A stretch of DNA of 64,000 nucleotides, taken from a virus (Duplodnaviria > Caudoviricetes). Shown one piece after another: positions 25,308-34,732 of this stretch. The notes below the pieces were generated by a model. The model saw nothing but the letters and a program-made list of their open reading frames with translations. It was not told where the DNA came from and made no database searches. How positions within the stretch are numbered: position 1 is the first letter of the stretch; the number at the start of each line of letters is the position of its first letter. Both the position numbers and the translations under genes were made by a program. The stretch spans positions 2,575-66,574 of IMG/VR virus record IMGVR_UViG_3300031853_000035. The stretch is one strand, 5' to 3'.

Positions 25308-25931
25308 ATGGTTAAGGAGATAGTTATTGGATGCGCAGGCATAGCCATTGGATATTTTGCCGGGCGATACGTAACAAAGATCCATTATGAAGAAATAATG
25401 GAAAAAGAACGTAAAGATATGCGTGAATACTACGAGGGTAAACATCCGGAAAAGCCTCCGATGCCCGAGTATAGCATGACTCAGAATGTCGAAGTTCATA
25501 ACATGACAGAAGAGTATGTAAAGCCGAACAAGGTCGATTACACAAAGTATTATCAGACTGATCCTGCTGAAAGCGAGAGTCCCTCAGAGGATGCTCCGAG
25601 CGTGGATGAGGATGATCTTGGTGAAGTTATTACTGCCGACTATAAAAAGAATTCGAAAAAGCCGACCAAGATTATAAAAGCTGATGAATTTGGAGATCAA
25701 CCAGGATTTAATACAATGGAGCTTGTATATTATCAGGAGAATGAAGTCCTTACTCTTAAAGAGGGATCGGAAGAGGACATTATTTATTTTGATGAGATAG
25801 AAGATCTAATTGGCGATGCGCTTGTTAAATTTGGCTTTGCTGACAATGACGAGACATGTATATTTGTTCGAAATTATTCCAGAGGGTGTGATTTCGAAAT
25901 CATTAAGGTATTTGGAGCATTTGAAGGATAA
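25308..25931 (+). CDS. Membrane-anchored acidic hypothetical protein
   Basis: N-terminal helix IGCAGIAIGYFAG; AAGGAG RBS. Confidence 0.75.
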   Translation: MVKEIVIGCAGIAIGYFAGRYVTKIHYEEIMEKERKDMREYYEGKHPEKPPMPEYSMTQNVEVHNMTEEYVKPNKVDYTKYYQTDPAESESPSEDAPSVDEDDLGEVITADYKKNSKKPTKIIKADEFGDQPGFNTMELVYYQENEVLTLKEGSEEDIIYFDEIEDLIGDALVKFGFADNDETCIFVRNYSRGCDFEIIKVFGAFEG

Positions 25932-25951
25932 ACCTGCGGGAAAGGAGTTAA

Positions 25952-26440
25952 ATGCAGGATTTATATTTTGATTGGTTACTGTCTAAAGTTGATGGATGGC
26001 CGTACAGACAAGTGTGCGACTATCTGTACCATATTGAGTTTAGATGGGACTACACTATAGAACTTGATGGTGATCGGGCGGAGAAAGGAAAGGCTCTCCG
26101 CTATTTATATTTTACAGAAAAGCGACAGGATTCTGGCATGAGTGGAATGCCATGCACTGTTCTTGAAATGCTTGTTGCACTAGCAATAGACATGGAAAAC
26201 ATTATGGGAGAGCCCGGAAACGATCACCCGGAGCGATGGTTTAGTGATATGCTTTGTAACCTTGGCATAGCGAACAGTTTTAGCAGACAAGACATTGTTA
26301 ATAAGGTTGGTAGATGGATGGCAAGGGATTACATGCCTGACGGAAACGGCGGACTATTTCCGCTTAGTAATTCTCCAAACGATCAACGCAGATCACCAAT
26401 CTGGGCGCAAGCAGGACTTTATATGTGTGAACGAGTATAA
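25952..26440 (+). CDS. 162-aa hypothetical protein
   Basis: AAAGGAG RBS; YFDWLL...DRAEKG...PCTVLEMLVALA. Confidence 0.75.
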   Translation: MQDLYFDWLLSKVDGWPYRQVCDYLYHIEFRWDYTIELDGDRAEKGKALRYLYFTEKRQDSGMSGMPCTVLEMLVALAIDMENIMGEPGNDHPERWFSDMLCNLGIANSFSRQDIVNKVGRWMARDYMPDGNGGLFPLSNSPNDQRRSPIWAQAGLYMCERV

Positions 26441-26451
26441 GGAGGTAAATA

Positions 26452-26616
26452 ATGGCAGCATTTGTTAAAGGTGTTAGATTTGGCGTGTTTCTTGGCGGTG
26501 CAAGCTTAGGTTTTGCCGTTAGTGCTTTTGCCGTAAGCTTTTGTATTAGAGCGACTAAGATCGCCGTTAAGAAACTTACTAATTCAGCAGACAAAGAGGA
26601 GAGCAAAGATGAGTAA
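26452..26616 (+). CDS. 54-aa membrane peptide
   Basis: AAGGAGG RBS; GVFLGGASLGFAVSAFAV. Confidence 0.65.
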   Translation: MAAFVKGVRFGVFLGGASLGFAVSAFAVSFCIRATKIAVKKLTNSADKEESKDE

Positions 26617-26896
26617 ACCGAACTCGCACATTGATCTTACCAAAACGAACTATTTTGCAAATCTTAAACGCAAAGCTAAGAATCCAAAAGACACCAAAGA
26701 ACAGGCAGCAGTGAACATGGAGTTGCTTAATTGCGTTGATATTCTCGAAAAGAGAATTAAGACACTTGAGGCCGCCTTTGTGTCTCTTGGTGAAAAGCAT
26801 AACGAAGCGATGAAAGCTATTGCTAGTAACATGAATTACTTAAAAGCGTTGATGGAAAAAGATGAGTCTAACGGAGGTGAGCCGATGGATGCTTGA
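26609..26896 (+). CDS. 95-aa coiled-coil protein
   Basis: GAGGAG RBS; overlapping arrangement. Confidence 0.65.
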   Translation: MSKPNSHIDLTKTNYFANLKRKAKNPKDTKEQAAVNMELLNCVDILEKRIKTLEAAFVSLGEKHNEAMKAIASNMNYLKALMEKDESNGGEPMDA

Positions 26897-29800
26897 TTTT
26901 GCTAAGACCGTTACATCGGTCAAAGAAACAAGAAAAGAAAAGATCGTTAGGTTCTATACGAAGTTTATTGTAAACTATCGATCCAAGGACCTGATGATCA
27001 AGGGCGGAGACTTTTATGCTGTCTACAATAAAAATACAGGTATGTGGTCGACATGCGAGCAAGATGCCATTGATGCGTTCGATGCAGATCTATTGGAAAA
27101 GAGCAATAAGTATGTTGCGAAGCCTGGAGAAACCGTTGTGGTGGATTGGGTTTGGGATGCTGATACTAAAGCAATTGATAGGTGGCATAAGTTTGTTAAA
27201 GACCAGATGCGCGACAACTTTGTGCAGCTTGATCAGCGTATTATATTTGCAAACACAGAGGTAAAACGAGAAGACTATGCCAGTAAAAGGCTGCCGTATG
27301 AGCTTAAAGAGGGCCCGATTGATGCTTACGAGGAGCTTATAAGCACTTTGTACGATCCTGAGGAGCGAGAAAAAATAGAATGGGCTATTGGGGCTATCAT
27401 AACAGGAGACTCAAAGCGCATTCAAAAGTTCGAGGTTCTTTATGGTGATAAGGGTACTGGAAAGTCTACGATATTTGATAAGATCATCACGCCGCTATTT
27501 GATGGCTACATTAGCGTTTACGATGCCAAAGAACTGACAAGTGCTAGCAACGCGTTCGGCATGGAGTCGTTTAAGGACGGACCGCTTGTATCTATACAAG
27601 ACGATGGTGATCTTAGCAAAATCGAGAACAACACCAAGCTTAACTCTATTGTGTCTCATGCTAGAATGGAAGTTAACGCTAAGTACACAAAGATATTTAC
27701 AACCCAGTTTAATACATTTTTGTTCATGGGAACAAACAAGCCGGTTAAGATTACGGATGCAAAGTCGGGAATATTAAGGCGCCTTATCGACGTGCATCCA
27801 TCCGGCAGAAAGATCCCTTACAGAAAGTATCATCAACTGTGTAATCAAATAAAGTTTGAACTTGGCGGTATTGCGTGGCATTGTCTTCAGGTTTACAACG
27901 AGCTCGGTGAAGACTACTACGAGGATTATGTTCCACTGCGCATGATGGCGGCTACCAATGACTTCTACGGATTTATTGAGCACAACATCGACGAGTACGA
28001 GAAAAGCGATATGGTAACGCTTGCGGAAGCATGGAAGCAGTACGACGAGTATTGTACATTCGCTAATGCATACAAGATGCCGTATAGGATATTTCGTACA
28101 GAGCTCGGCAATTACTTTAAAGAGTTTAAAGAAAGGATGCAGATTAATGGAAAATACGTTAGAAGCGTGTATCTGGGATTTCGTAGCGAGAAGTTTGAAA
28201 ACCCAGAAAGGAAGAAACCTGATAAGAAAGGGCAGGAGTCTTGGCTTATATTTGATAAGAAAACATCCATATTTGATGAAATGTTTGCCAGCTGCCCTGC
28301 TCAAGGATGCAAAGAAGACGGCTCTCCACTTAGATCGTGGGCAAATGTTAAAGGAAGGCTATCTGAAATTGATACAGGTACTCTTCATTGGGTAAAGCCA
28401 CCAGTTAATCTCATATGCATTGACTTTGATATTAAAGGATTAGACGGAGAAAAAGACCTTGATGCTAATCTTAAGGCCGCTTCCATGTGGCCAAAGACGT
28501 ATGCGGAAGTGTCAAAAAGCGGAAAAGCCATCCATTTATATTACTATTATGATGGCGATGTGGAAAAATTATCATCTATTTATGCTCCGTATATCGAAAT
28601 TAAGGTCTTTACGGGAGGATCCGCACTTAGAAGGATGTTAACACTTTGCAATGGACTTGCTATTGCCACTATTAGCAGCGGCTTACCATTAAAGGAGAAA
28701 GGAAAAGTGCTTGATGATAACGTAATTAAGGATGAAAAACACCTTAGAGCCTGTGTTCTTAAGGCATTAAGGAAGGAAATTGAGCCAGGGTACACTTCAA
28801 CCTGCGTAAATTACATAAAAATGGTTACGGATCGCGCGTTTGAGGCAAATCTTGTCTATGATATTTCGGATTTGAGGCAGGCGGTGCTTCAATTTGCTAT
28901 GAAATCATCAAACCAGGCTGATCGATGCGTAAATTTGGTTGGTGAAATGCACTTTGAAGGTAAAAAACGGCCCGAAGTATTAACAGAAGCGGACATTATT
29001 TACAAATTTGAGAGCCGAAATAAGGACGGAAAGCTCGTTTTCTTTGATATTGAGATCTATAGACCAGACGAAAAGACCGATAATCCAGGTCTTTTTTTAA
29101 TTTGCTGGAAATACGAGAACGCTGATACCGTAAATTCCATGATAAATCCAGCTCCTTATGAGGTTGAAGAGCTATTTTCCATGCTTCTGGTCGGATTTAA
29201 CAATAGAAATTACGATAACGCAATGATTTGGGGCGCTTCTCTTGGTAAAACAAACCAGGAATTATACAATTTGAGCCAGGAAATCATTGTCGGGAACCAT
29301 AATCCTTATCCCGGATCAGCTGATGCATCATATTTAGACGTCTATGACATGTGTACGGAAAAGATGGGTCTTAAGAAATGGGAAATCAAGCTTGGGATCA
29401 CACATAAGGAAATGGGTATTCCTTGGGACGAGCCTGCGCCTAAGGATAGGTGGAATGATATTATCGAATACTGTACTAATGACGTTTTAGCCACAGAGGC
29501 GGTATTTCATGCAAGGCAAGGTGACTTTATGGCAAGAAAAATACAGGTCGCAATTGTCGAACTTCTTCATCCTGGCGAAGGCATTAAGGTATGTGTAAAC
29601 GATACCACCAATACATTGTCGAAGAGAATTATATTTGGCAGAAACAAGAAACCACAAAGCTCTTTTAACTATCGAGATCTGTCGAAACCAGTTGGGTCAG
29701 ACAGATATGAGGAGTATAGAGAACGATTTGGAGATGACTACAAGTTTAGAGTCTTCAATAGCGAAGGACTGCCTATGTACAGGGATTATATTCCTGGTGA

Positions 29801-31112
29801 AGTCCTTCCGGATGGTTGGTCTATTCTGCCGTTCTTTCCTGGTTACGAGTTTAAACGTAATGAAAAAGGAAAATGGGAAAGTACGTATCTTGGCGATGTG
29901 ATTGGCGAAGGTGGACGAACCTATTCTAGGAAAGGATATTATGAATGGGTATGGGACGGTGACGTTAGTTCTATGCATCCACATTCAATAATAGCCGAAT
30001 GTCTTTTCGGACCTGTATACACAAAGATATTTAAGGACATAGTTGACGGCAGAGTTGCAGTTAAGCATCATGACTTTGCAACAGCTGGTGCACTTCTTGA
30101 CGGAGCATTAGGTCCTTATTTGTCTGATGAGCACGCCGGCGATCTAGCTCAGGCACTAAAAATAGTTATAAATTCGATCTATGGGCTTACATCAGCAAAG
30201 TTTGAGAACGAATTTAGGGATCATAGAAACGTTGATAATATTGTTGCAAAGCGCGGCGCTCTGTTTATGACACTTCTTAAAAGAGAAGTTGAAAGACGGG
30301 GCGCTGTTGTTTGTCATATTAAGACCGATTCTATTAAGATTCCGAACGCTTCTGATGAAGTTAAAGACTTCGTTATCAAATTTGGAAGAGAGTTCGGCTA
30401 CGAATTCGAAACCGAAGATGTCTTTACGAAGTTCGCACTGTTTAATGACGCAGCGTACCTTGGATATTCTGAAAATGGTAAGTGGGTAACCAAGGCGGAT
30501 CAGTTTAAACAGGAAAAGCAGCCGTTTCTTTTTAAGACTCTCTTTAGTCATGAGCCATATGAGTTTCGTGATTATTGCGAGACAAAGTCTGTTAGTAAAG
30601 GCGCGCTGTATTTAGACATGAATGAAGATCTTGGCGAACCGGTTGACGCGGAGTATGAGAAAGCACTTAAGAAACTTGAAAGGCTGATGTCAAAAGGTGA
30701 TCCAAATGTTGGCGACTGGGCCAAGTATTGTGAGAAGCTTAAGACCGATATTCCAAATCATCATAACTTTGTCTTTATAGGACGTGTGGGTCAGTTTACT
30801 CCAATAAAAAAGGGATGCGGAGGCGGCGTGTTATACCGTAAGGACGGAGACGTACTTGCAGCAGCGACAGGATCTAAGGGATACAGGTGGCTTGAGAGCG
30901 AAACAGTAAAAGAGTATGGACGTATGGACGATATTGATATTTCTTATTACCAGAAAAAGGTAGATGAGGCAAGAAGTGTAATTAACGAAATTATTGACGT
31001 TGATTACTTTGTATCAGATCAAGTTCCAGAAAAAAACGTACTGAAAACGTTTGGCCTTCCAGATGATTTTATGAATATTCCGGAAGGCGTTGGCGATGAA
31101 ATACCGTTTTAA
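26889..31112 (+). CDS. Fused SF3 helicase - AEP primase - 3'-5' exonuclease - family B DNA polymerase
   Basis: GDKGTGKST (Walker A); ICIDFD...EVSKSGKAIH (AEP); FFDIEI, GFNNRNYD, YCTND (Exo I-III); DVSSMHP, KIVINSIYG, HIKTDS (PolB A/B/C); GGAGGTGA RBS before ATG 26889. Confidence 0.85.
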   Translation: MLDFAKTVTSVKETRKEKIVRFYTKFIVNYRSKDLMIKGGDFYAVYNKNTGMWSTCEQDAIDAFDADLLEKSNKYVAKPGETVVVDWVWDADTKAIDRWHKFVKDQMRDNFVQLDQRIIFANTEVKREDYASKRLPYELKEGPIDAYEELISTLYDPEEREKIEWAIGAIITGDSKRIQKFEVLYGDKGTGKSTIFDKIITPLFDGYISVYDAKELTSASNAFGMESFKDGPLVSIQDDGDLSKIENNTKLNSIVSHARMEVNAKYTKIFTTQFNTFLFMGTNKPVKITDAKSGILRRLIDVHPSGRKIPYRKYHQLCNQIKFELGGIAWHCLQVYNELGEDYYEDYVPLRMMAATNDFYGFIEHNIDEYEKSDMVTLAEAWKQYDEYCTFANAYKMPYRIFRTELGNYFKEFKERMQINGKYVRSVYLGFRSEKFENPERKKPDKKGQESWLIFDKKTSIFDEMFASCPAQGCKEDGSPLRSWANVKGRLSEIDTGTLHWVKPPVNLICIDFDIKGLDGEKDLDANLKAASMWPKTYAEVSKSGKAIHLYYYYDGDVEKLSSIYAPYIEIKVFTGGSALRRMLTLCNGLAIATISSGLPLKEKGKVLDDNVIKDEKHLRACVLKALRKEIEPGYTSTCVNYIKMVTDRAFEANLVYDISDLRQAVLQFAMKSSNQADRCVNLVGEMHFEGKKRPEVLTEADIIYKFESRNKDGKLVFFDIEIYRPDEKTDNPGLFLICWKYENADTVNSMINPAPYEVEELFSMLLVGFNNRNYDNAMIWGASLGKTNQELYNLSQEIIVGNHNPYPGSADASYLDVYDMCTEKMGLKKWEIKLGITHKEMGIPWDEPAPKDRWNDIIEYCTNDVLATEAVFHARQGDFMARKIQVAIVELLHPGEGIKVCVNDTTNTLSKRIIFGRNKKPQSSFNYRDLSKPVGSDRYEEYRERFGDDYKFRVFNSEGLPMYRDYIPGEVLPDGWSILPFFPGYEFKRNEKGKWESTYLGDVIGEGGRTYSRKGYYEWVWDGDVSSMHPHSIIAECLFGPVYTKIFKDIVDGRVAVKHHDFATAGALLDGALGPYLSDEHAGDLAQALKIVINSIYGLTSAKFENEFRDHRNVDNIVAKRGALFMTLLKREVERRGAVVCHIKTDSIKIPNASDEVKDFVIKFGREFGYEFETEDVFTKFALFNDAAYLGYSENGKWVTKADQFKQEKQPFLFKTLFSHEPYEFRDYCETKSVSKGALYLDMNEDLGEPVDAEYEKALKKLERLMSKGDPNVGDWAKYCEKLKTDIPNHHNFVFIGRVGQFTPIKKGCGGGVLYRKDGDVLAAATGSKGYRWLESETVKEYGRMDDIDISYYQKKVDEARSVINEIIDVDYFVSDQVPEKNVLKTFGLPDDFMNIPEGVGDEIPF

Positions 31113-31125
31113 AAGGAGAATAAAA

Positions 31126-31746
31126 ATGACACTTAAAGAAATGAAATATGGTTGGATGCTTGAGGATATTATGGAGGATCGGGACTTTAATAAGACTCAG
31201 ATCCGCTTTAAAAACATGGCAGGACGCCAGACAAACCCTAAGTACAATCCATCGCACGTTCTCGTTGTGTGGATCGATGATCCAAATGTTGCCAGATTTA
31301 TGAGGGACGAATTGCACCTTAACGTGCAGGAACGTGAAATTGAAATCAAAGACGAAAACGATAACGTCATTGATATTCAGAAACGCTCATCCCTGCAGCT
31401 TAAGGCTTACCCGAAGGTCAGGCAAAACCGTATTACCGGAAAAGACGAGTCTTATCCTAGGGTTATGCTTAAAACGCCTTCTACTGGGCGCAGCGTGCGT
31501 CTGGATATTGACAAGTTCGGCCTGTTTGATGCTACAAGGCTTCTTAGCGCAGATGTATCTTTTCATACATGGGAGTATGAGAGCGGAAAGTGCGTTGCCT
31601 GCATTGATGAGCTTTGGGCAATCGTTGATGAGAGCGCCGGAGAAGTTGATGGATCCTATCTTATGGATAAGTATGGATATTCTGAGGCAAACGAGCTTGC
31701 TGGTGTTGGAGTAGCCGAAAGCGAAGAAGAGGTGCCTTGGAACTAA
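31126..31746 (+). CDS. Probable single-stranded DNA-binding protein
   Basis: Follows the polymerase; IRFKNMAG...KYN; acidic C-tail ending EEEVPWN. Confidence 0.55.
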   Translation: MTLKEMKYGWMLEDIMEDRDFNKTQIRFKNMAGRQTNPKYNPSHVLVVWIDDPNVARFMRDELHLNVQEREIEIKDENDNVIDIQKRSSLQLKAYPKVRQNRITGKDESYPRVMLKTPSTGRSVRLDIDKFGLFDATRLLSADVSFHTWEYESGKCVACIDELWAIVDESAGEVDGSYLMDKYGYSEANELAGVGVAESEEEVPWN

Positions 31747-31766
31747 TAGCCTCTGTGATTGATATT

Positions 31767-31857
31767 TGTGGTGCCGGCTTCGCATGTTCGGTTAAATGTC
31801 CAGTGAGGTAAGCTTAATGAGCGCGCAACATTGGCTAAAGAGGAAACAGCCACATTT
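31767..31857 (+). ncRNA. Candidate structured intergenic RNA / 5' leader
   Basis: tgtgg/ccaca, gccg/cggt and ccagtg/cattgg nested stems. Confidence 0.4.
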
Positions 31858-31871
31858 AAAAGGAGATAGAG

Positions 31872-32069
31872 ATGAAGACAAAACATAATGTCGGTGATAT
31901 TGTTGCCGTTGTTTGCAGGGTAAAGTCGATTGAGGTTGATGGCTACGGCGAGAAGTACCATGTTATGATTAACCGCGCTGACGGCGCTCCCCCTTTGTAT
32001 GCTGACGTGTCCAGCTATAATGTACTGCCTCTAAATCAGGAGGATCCGGAAGTGGACGACCTTAAATGA
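31872..32069 (+). CDS. 65-aa hypothetical protein
   Basis: AAAAGGAG RBS. Confidence 0.65.
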   Translation: MKTKHNVGDIVAVVCRVKSIEVDGYGEKYHVMINRADGAPPLYADVSSYNVLPLNQEDPEVDDLK

Positions 32070-32281
32070 TAGGATCAGGGAGGCCAAAAACCGGGCGTCC
32101 AAAAGACGGAAGCTATAGGCAAGGCAGAAACAAAAAGCTATGCATTAGGCTTAGTGATGGTGATCTTAGGAAGCTAGAAGAGGTGTGTAATTACTATTAT
32201 ATTTCTAAGTCCGACTTTCTAATAGACGCTATCACTAGTGCCTTTAAGGAGGTAAAAAGGGGTGAAAAAGAAAGAAAGTAA
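32066..32281 (+). CDS. Ribbon-helix-helix DNA-binding protein
   Basis: GRPK N-terminus; LCIRLSDGDLRKLEEVC...ISKSDFL. Confidence 0.7.
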   Translation: MIGSGRPKTGRPKDGSYRQGRNKKLCIRLSDGDLRKLEEVCNYYYISKSDFLIDAITSAFKEVKRGEKERK

Positions 32282-32468
32282 AACTGCGCAATTGCATATT
32301 AGACTTACAGAAGAGGATAAAAACACGTTAGAGCGGCTTGCAAAAAGGAGAGGCGTTAGCATATCTCAATTCGTTACCGATTTAATTTATGAAAAAGATA
32401 GTGATATTATGCGCGAATTAATGTCAAAAGGCGACGTTATTGCCAACAACAACGGATATTTTTATTAA
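32262..32468 (+). CDS. Ribbon-helix-helix (CopG-like) DNA-binding protein
   Basis: QLHIRLTEEDKNTLERLAKRRGVSISQFV. Confidence 0.75.
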   Translation: MKKKESKTAQLHIRLTEEDKNTLERLAKRRGVSISQFVTDLIYEKDSDIMRELMSKGDVIANNNGYFY

Positions 32469-32469
32469 A

Positions 32470-32890
32470 TTTTGTGTACCAAAATCGAAAAAATGTGTAC
32501 CAAAACGAACATTTTGTGTACCAAAATCGAAAAAATGTGTACCAAAAAAGGCATTTTGTGTACACAAAAACGAAAAAATGGTACACAAAAATTGCATTTT
32601 GGTACACAAAAAAATGGCCATTTTTGGATTTTTTTCAAAATAAATGACACTTGACAGGTAAATGACACTTAAATGACACTAACTTTTTTGCCAAAATGTG
32701 ACAATATATTGTCACAAAAGGCTATTTTTGGGCTATTTTGACCTATTTTTGACCTATTTTTACCTATTTTTTACTGATTTTTATTAAAAAGTGTCAAGTG
32801 TCATTTATTTTCCCTAAAAGTTTTTATTTTTAAATAAAAAAATACATTTTTTTTTAGAAAAAGTTGGAAAAATAAATGACACATGACACT
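32470..32890. repeat. Putative replication origin: iterons, palindrome and AT-rich tract
   Basis: 36-bp perfect repeat at 32470 and 32512 (42-bp period, GTAC cores every ~21 bp); AAATGACACT x3 plus an inverted copy; perfect 20-bp palindrome at 32697..32716; CTATTTT x5. Confidence 0.8.
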
Positions 32891-32916
32891 AAGTGATTTT
32901 TGGAGGTAAAAACGAT

Positions 32917-34146
32917 GTGAGTGTGCAGCTAGACGACCAGCAGCTAAGAGCCATACAAGAACTGGATAACGGGTATATACTAAACGCCGATGTTGGAACT
33001 GGAAAGAGCAGAACGGCTGTCGGATATTATTACTTAAAGGTTTGTGAAGGCGGAGCAATCATTAACGGATCTGGCAAATTTAGAAAGATGAAACACCCAA
33101 GGGACCTTTATATTATTACAACAGCAAAAAAGCGAGATTCGATTGAATGGGATAAAGAGCTTGCCATGTTTCTTTTGTTTCGTGGTGAAAACAAAGAGAT
33201 GGGTGTTAACGTAACAATTGATTCTTGGAATAACATCAAGAAGTATAGGAAAACGTTTGGGGCGTTCTTTATATTTGATGAGCAACGGCTTAAAGGATCT
33301 GGTGCTTGGGTAAAGTCTTTCTATGACATTGCAAGAAAGAATAAGTGGGTTTTATTATCTGCCACACCTGGTGACACATGGCAGGATTATATTCCAGTGT
33401 TCGTTGCTAACGGGTTTTATCGTAACAAAAGTGACTTTAATATGCAGCATGTAAAGTTTGCAAGATTTAGTAAGTATCCAAAGATTGAGGGATATTTTAA
33501 TGAAGGCGTCTTGTTTAAACATAAAAAAGACATAACAGTTACGATGGAACTTGAGAAAGATGTGATTAAGCATTACGAAGATGTTTGGTGCTCTTATGAT
33601 AAGACTATTTATAGAACCATATGGAGAGATCGCATTAATCCATATGACGGAGAGCCAATAGAAGAAACTGGAAGCTTGTTCTATTTGATGAGAAGGGTGG
33701 TGAACTTAGATGTATCTCGGTTGGAGGCTGTTAGAGATATTGCTTCAAGGCATTCGAAAGTCATCGTCTATTACAATTTCACAGATGAGCTCCACGCACT
33801 TAGGGAACTATTTGCAAAGCTCGGCTTTGATATCGGAGAATGGAACGGCGAAGTACATTCTGACATACCAGGAGGATCAAAGTGGGCGTATCTCGTTCAG
33901 TATATCGCCGGATCTGAAGGATGGAACTGCATAGATACCAATGCGATGATATTTTACTCGCAGTCATATTCTTATTCACAAACTGTGCAAGCCGAAGGAA
34001 GGATAGACAGACGAAACACGCCGTTTGCTGATTTATATTACTACAAACTTAAAAGCAGGTCACCCATTGACCTTGCAATAGCGAGGGCTCTTAGTAAGAA
34101 AAAGAACTTTAATGAAAAGACATTTGTTGAAAGGAGAACAAAATGA
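32917..34146 (+). CDS. SF2 (SNF2-like) helicase
   Basis: DVGTGKS, FIFDEQR, LLSATP, SEGWN, QAEGRIDR. Confidence 0.88.
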   Translation: MSVQLDDQQLRAIQELDNGYILNADVGTGKSRTAVGYYYLKVCEGGAIINGSGKFRKMKHPRDLYIITTAKKRDSIEWDKELAMFLLFRGENKEMGVNVTIDSWNNIKKYRKTFGAFFIFDEQRLKGSGAWVKSFYDIARKNKWVLLSATPGDTWQDYIPVFVANGFYRNKSDFNMQHVKFARFSKYPKIEGYFNEGVLFKHKKDITVTMELEKDVIKHYEDVWCSYDKTIYRTIWRDRINPYDGEPIEETGSLFYLMRRVVNLDVSRLEAVRDIASRHSKVIVYYNFTDELHALRELFAKLGFDIGEWNGEVHSDIPGGSKWAYLVQYIAGSEGWNCIDTNAMIFYSQSYSYSQTVQAEGRIDRRNTPFADLYYYKLKSRSPIDLAIARALSKKKNFNEKTFVERRTK

Positions 34147-34313
34147 CAGAGGTTGAAATTTACAATGAAGTAAGGCGTATGAGGAAAGATAATCCTGGAA
34201 TTACCGGAAAAGAGATGGCCGAAAAGCTAGGCGTTAAAAATACTTACGGCGAGGCATCAGTCGTAGAGATTAGACGATTATATTCTCTTGGGGCCATTAA
34301 AGCAAAAGGGTAA
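34143..34313 (+). CDS. 56-aa HTH protein resembling the first HTH of the RNAP candidate
   Basis: KDNPGITGKEMAEKLGVKN versus AKYPGITELELAERLGVYN; GAAAGGAG RBS. Confidence 0.65.
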   Translation: MTEVEIYNEVRRMRKDNPGITGKEMAEKLGVKNTYGEASVVEIRRLYSLGAIKAKG

Positions 34314-34322
34314 TAGAACAGT

Positions 34323-34351
34323 TTGACACATTGCTTGTGGATGTATATACT
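34323..34351 (+). promoter_or_regulatory. Near-consensus host sigma-A promoter
   Basis: TTGACA-17 nt-TATACT. Confidence 0.75.
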
Positions 34352-34373
34352 CTTAAAAAAAGGAGGTGCGCTT

Positions 34374-34616
34374 ATGAGCAATGTGTTTTGTTACTATGAT
34401 CATGAGTATCAGTTTATAGAAACTGAGCTTGATGAAGAGGCTGCTGAAATTATAGAGGATCAGGTTAACTCTGGACGCTGCGCTGATTGTAACAGACCAA
34501 TTCTTGATTGGGGAGATGACGCTAATAAGTTTACAGATCTGACTTTAGAATTCCCAATGCCAGTAAATGTTTGCTACAAATGTGCAGCGAGAGCGTTCAA
34601 AGAAGGTAGGATGTAA
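34374..34616 (+). CDS. 80-aa acidic zinc-ribbon protein
   Basis: AAAGGAGG RBS; CADC and CYKC pairs. Confidence 0.7.
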   Translation: MSNVFCYYDHEYQFIETELDEEAAEIIEDQVNSGRCADCNRPILDWGDDANKFTDLTLEFPMPVNVCYKCAARAFKEGRM

Positions 34617-34638
34617 AACAATTATTATATTTTTGCCC

Positions 34639-34663
34639 TCGCAAAAAAAACAACTCCTATAAT
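34639..34663 (+). promoter_or_regulatory. Phage-specific promoter motif, copy 16 (upstream of the RNAP operon)
   Basis: TCGCA aaaaaaaCAactcc TATAAT. Confidence 0.8.
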
Positions 34664-34667
34664 AGAG

Positions 34668-34713
34668 AGAGAAGGGAGAACCGAATTTTATTGGTTTTTT
34701 TCCTTCTCTTTTT
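34668..34713 (+). terminator. Promoter-proximal hairpin + T-tract (attenuator-like)
   Basis: agagaagggagaacc...ggtttttttccttctct followed by TTTT. Confidence 0.55.
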
Positions 34714-34732
34714 GTTTTTAAAGGAGGTTTTT

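Noticed and set aside
32470-32620. CRISPR-like array
   Set aside because: Repeats are contiguous and degenerate with no unique 30-40 nt spacers; no cas genes; context fits an iteron origin
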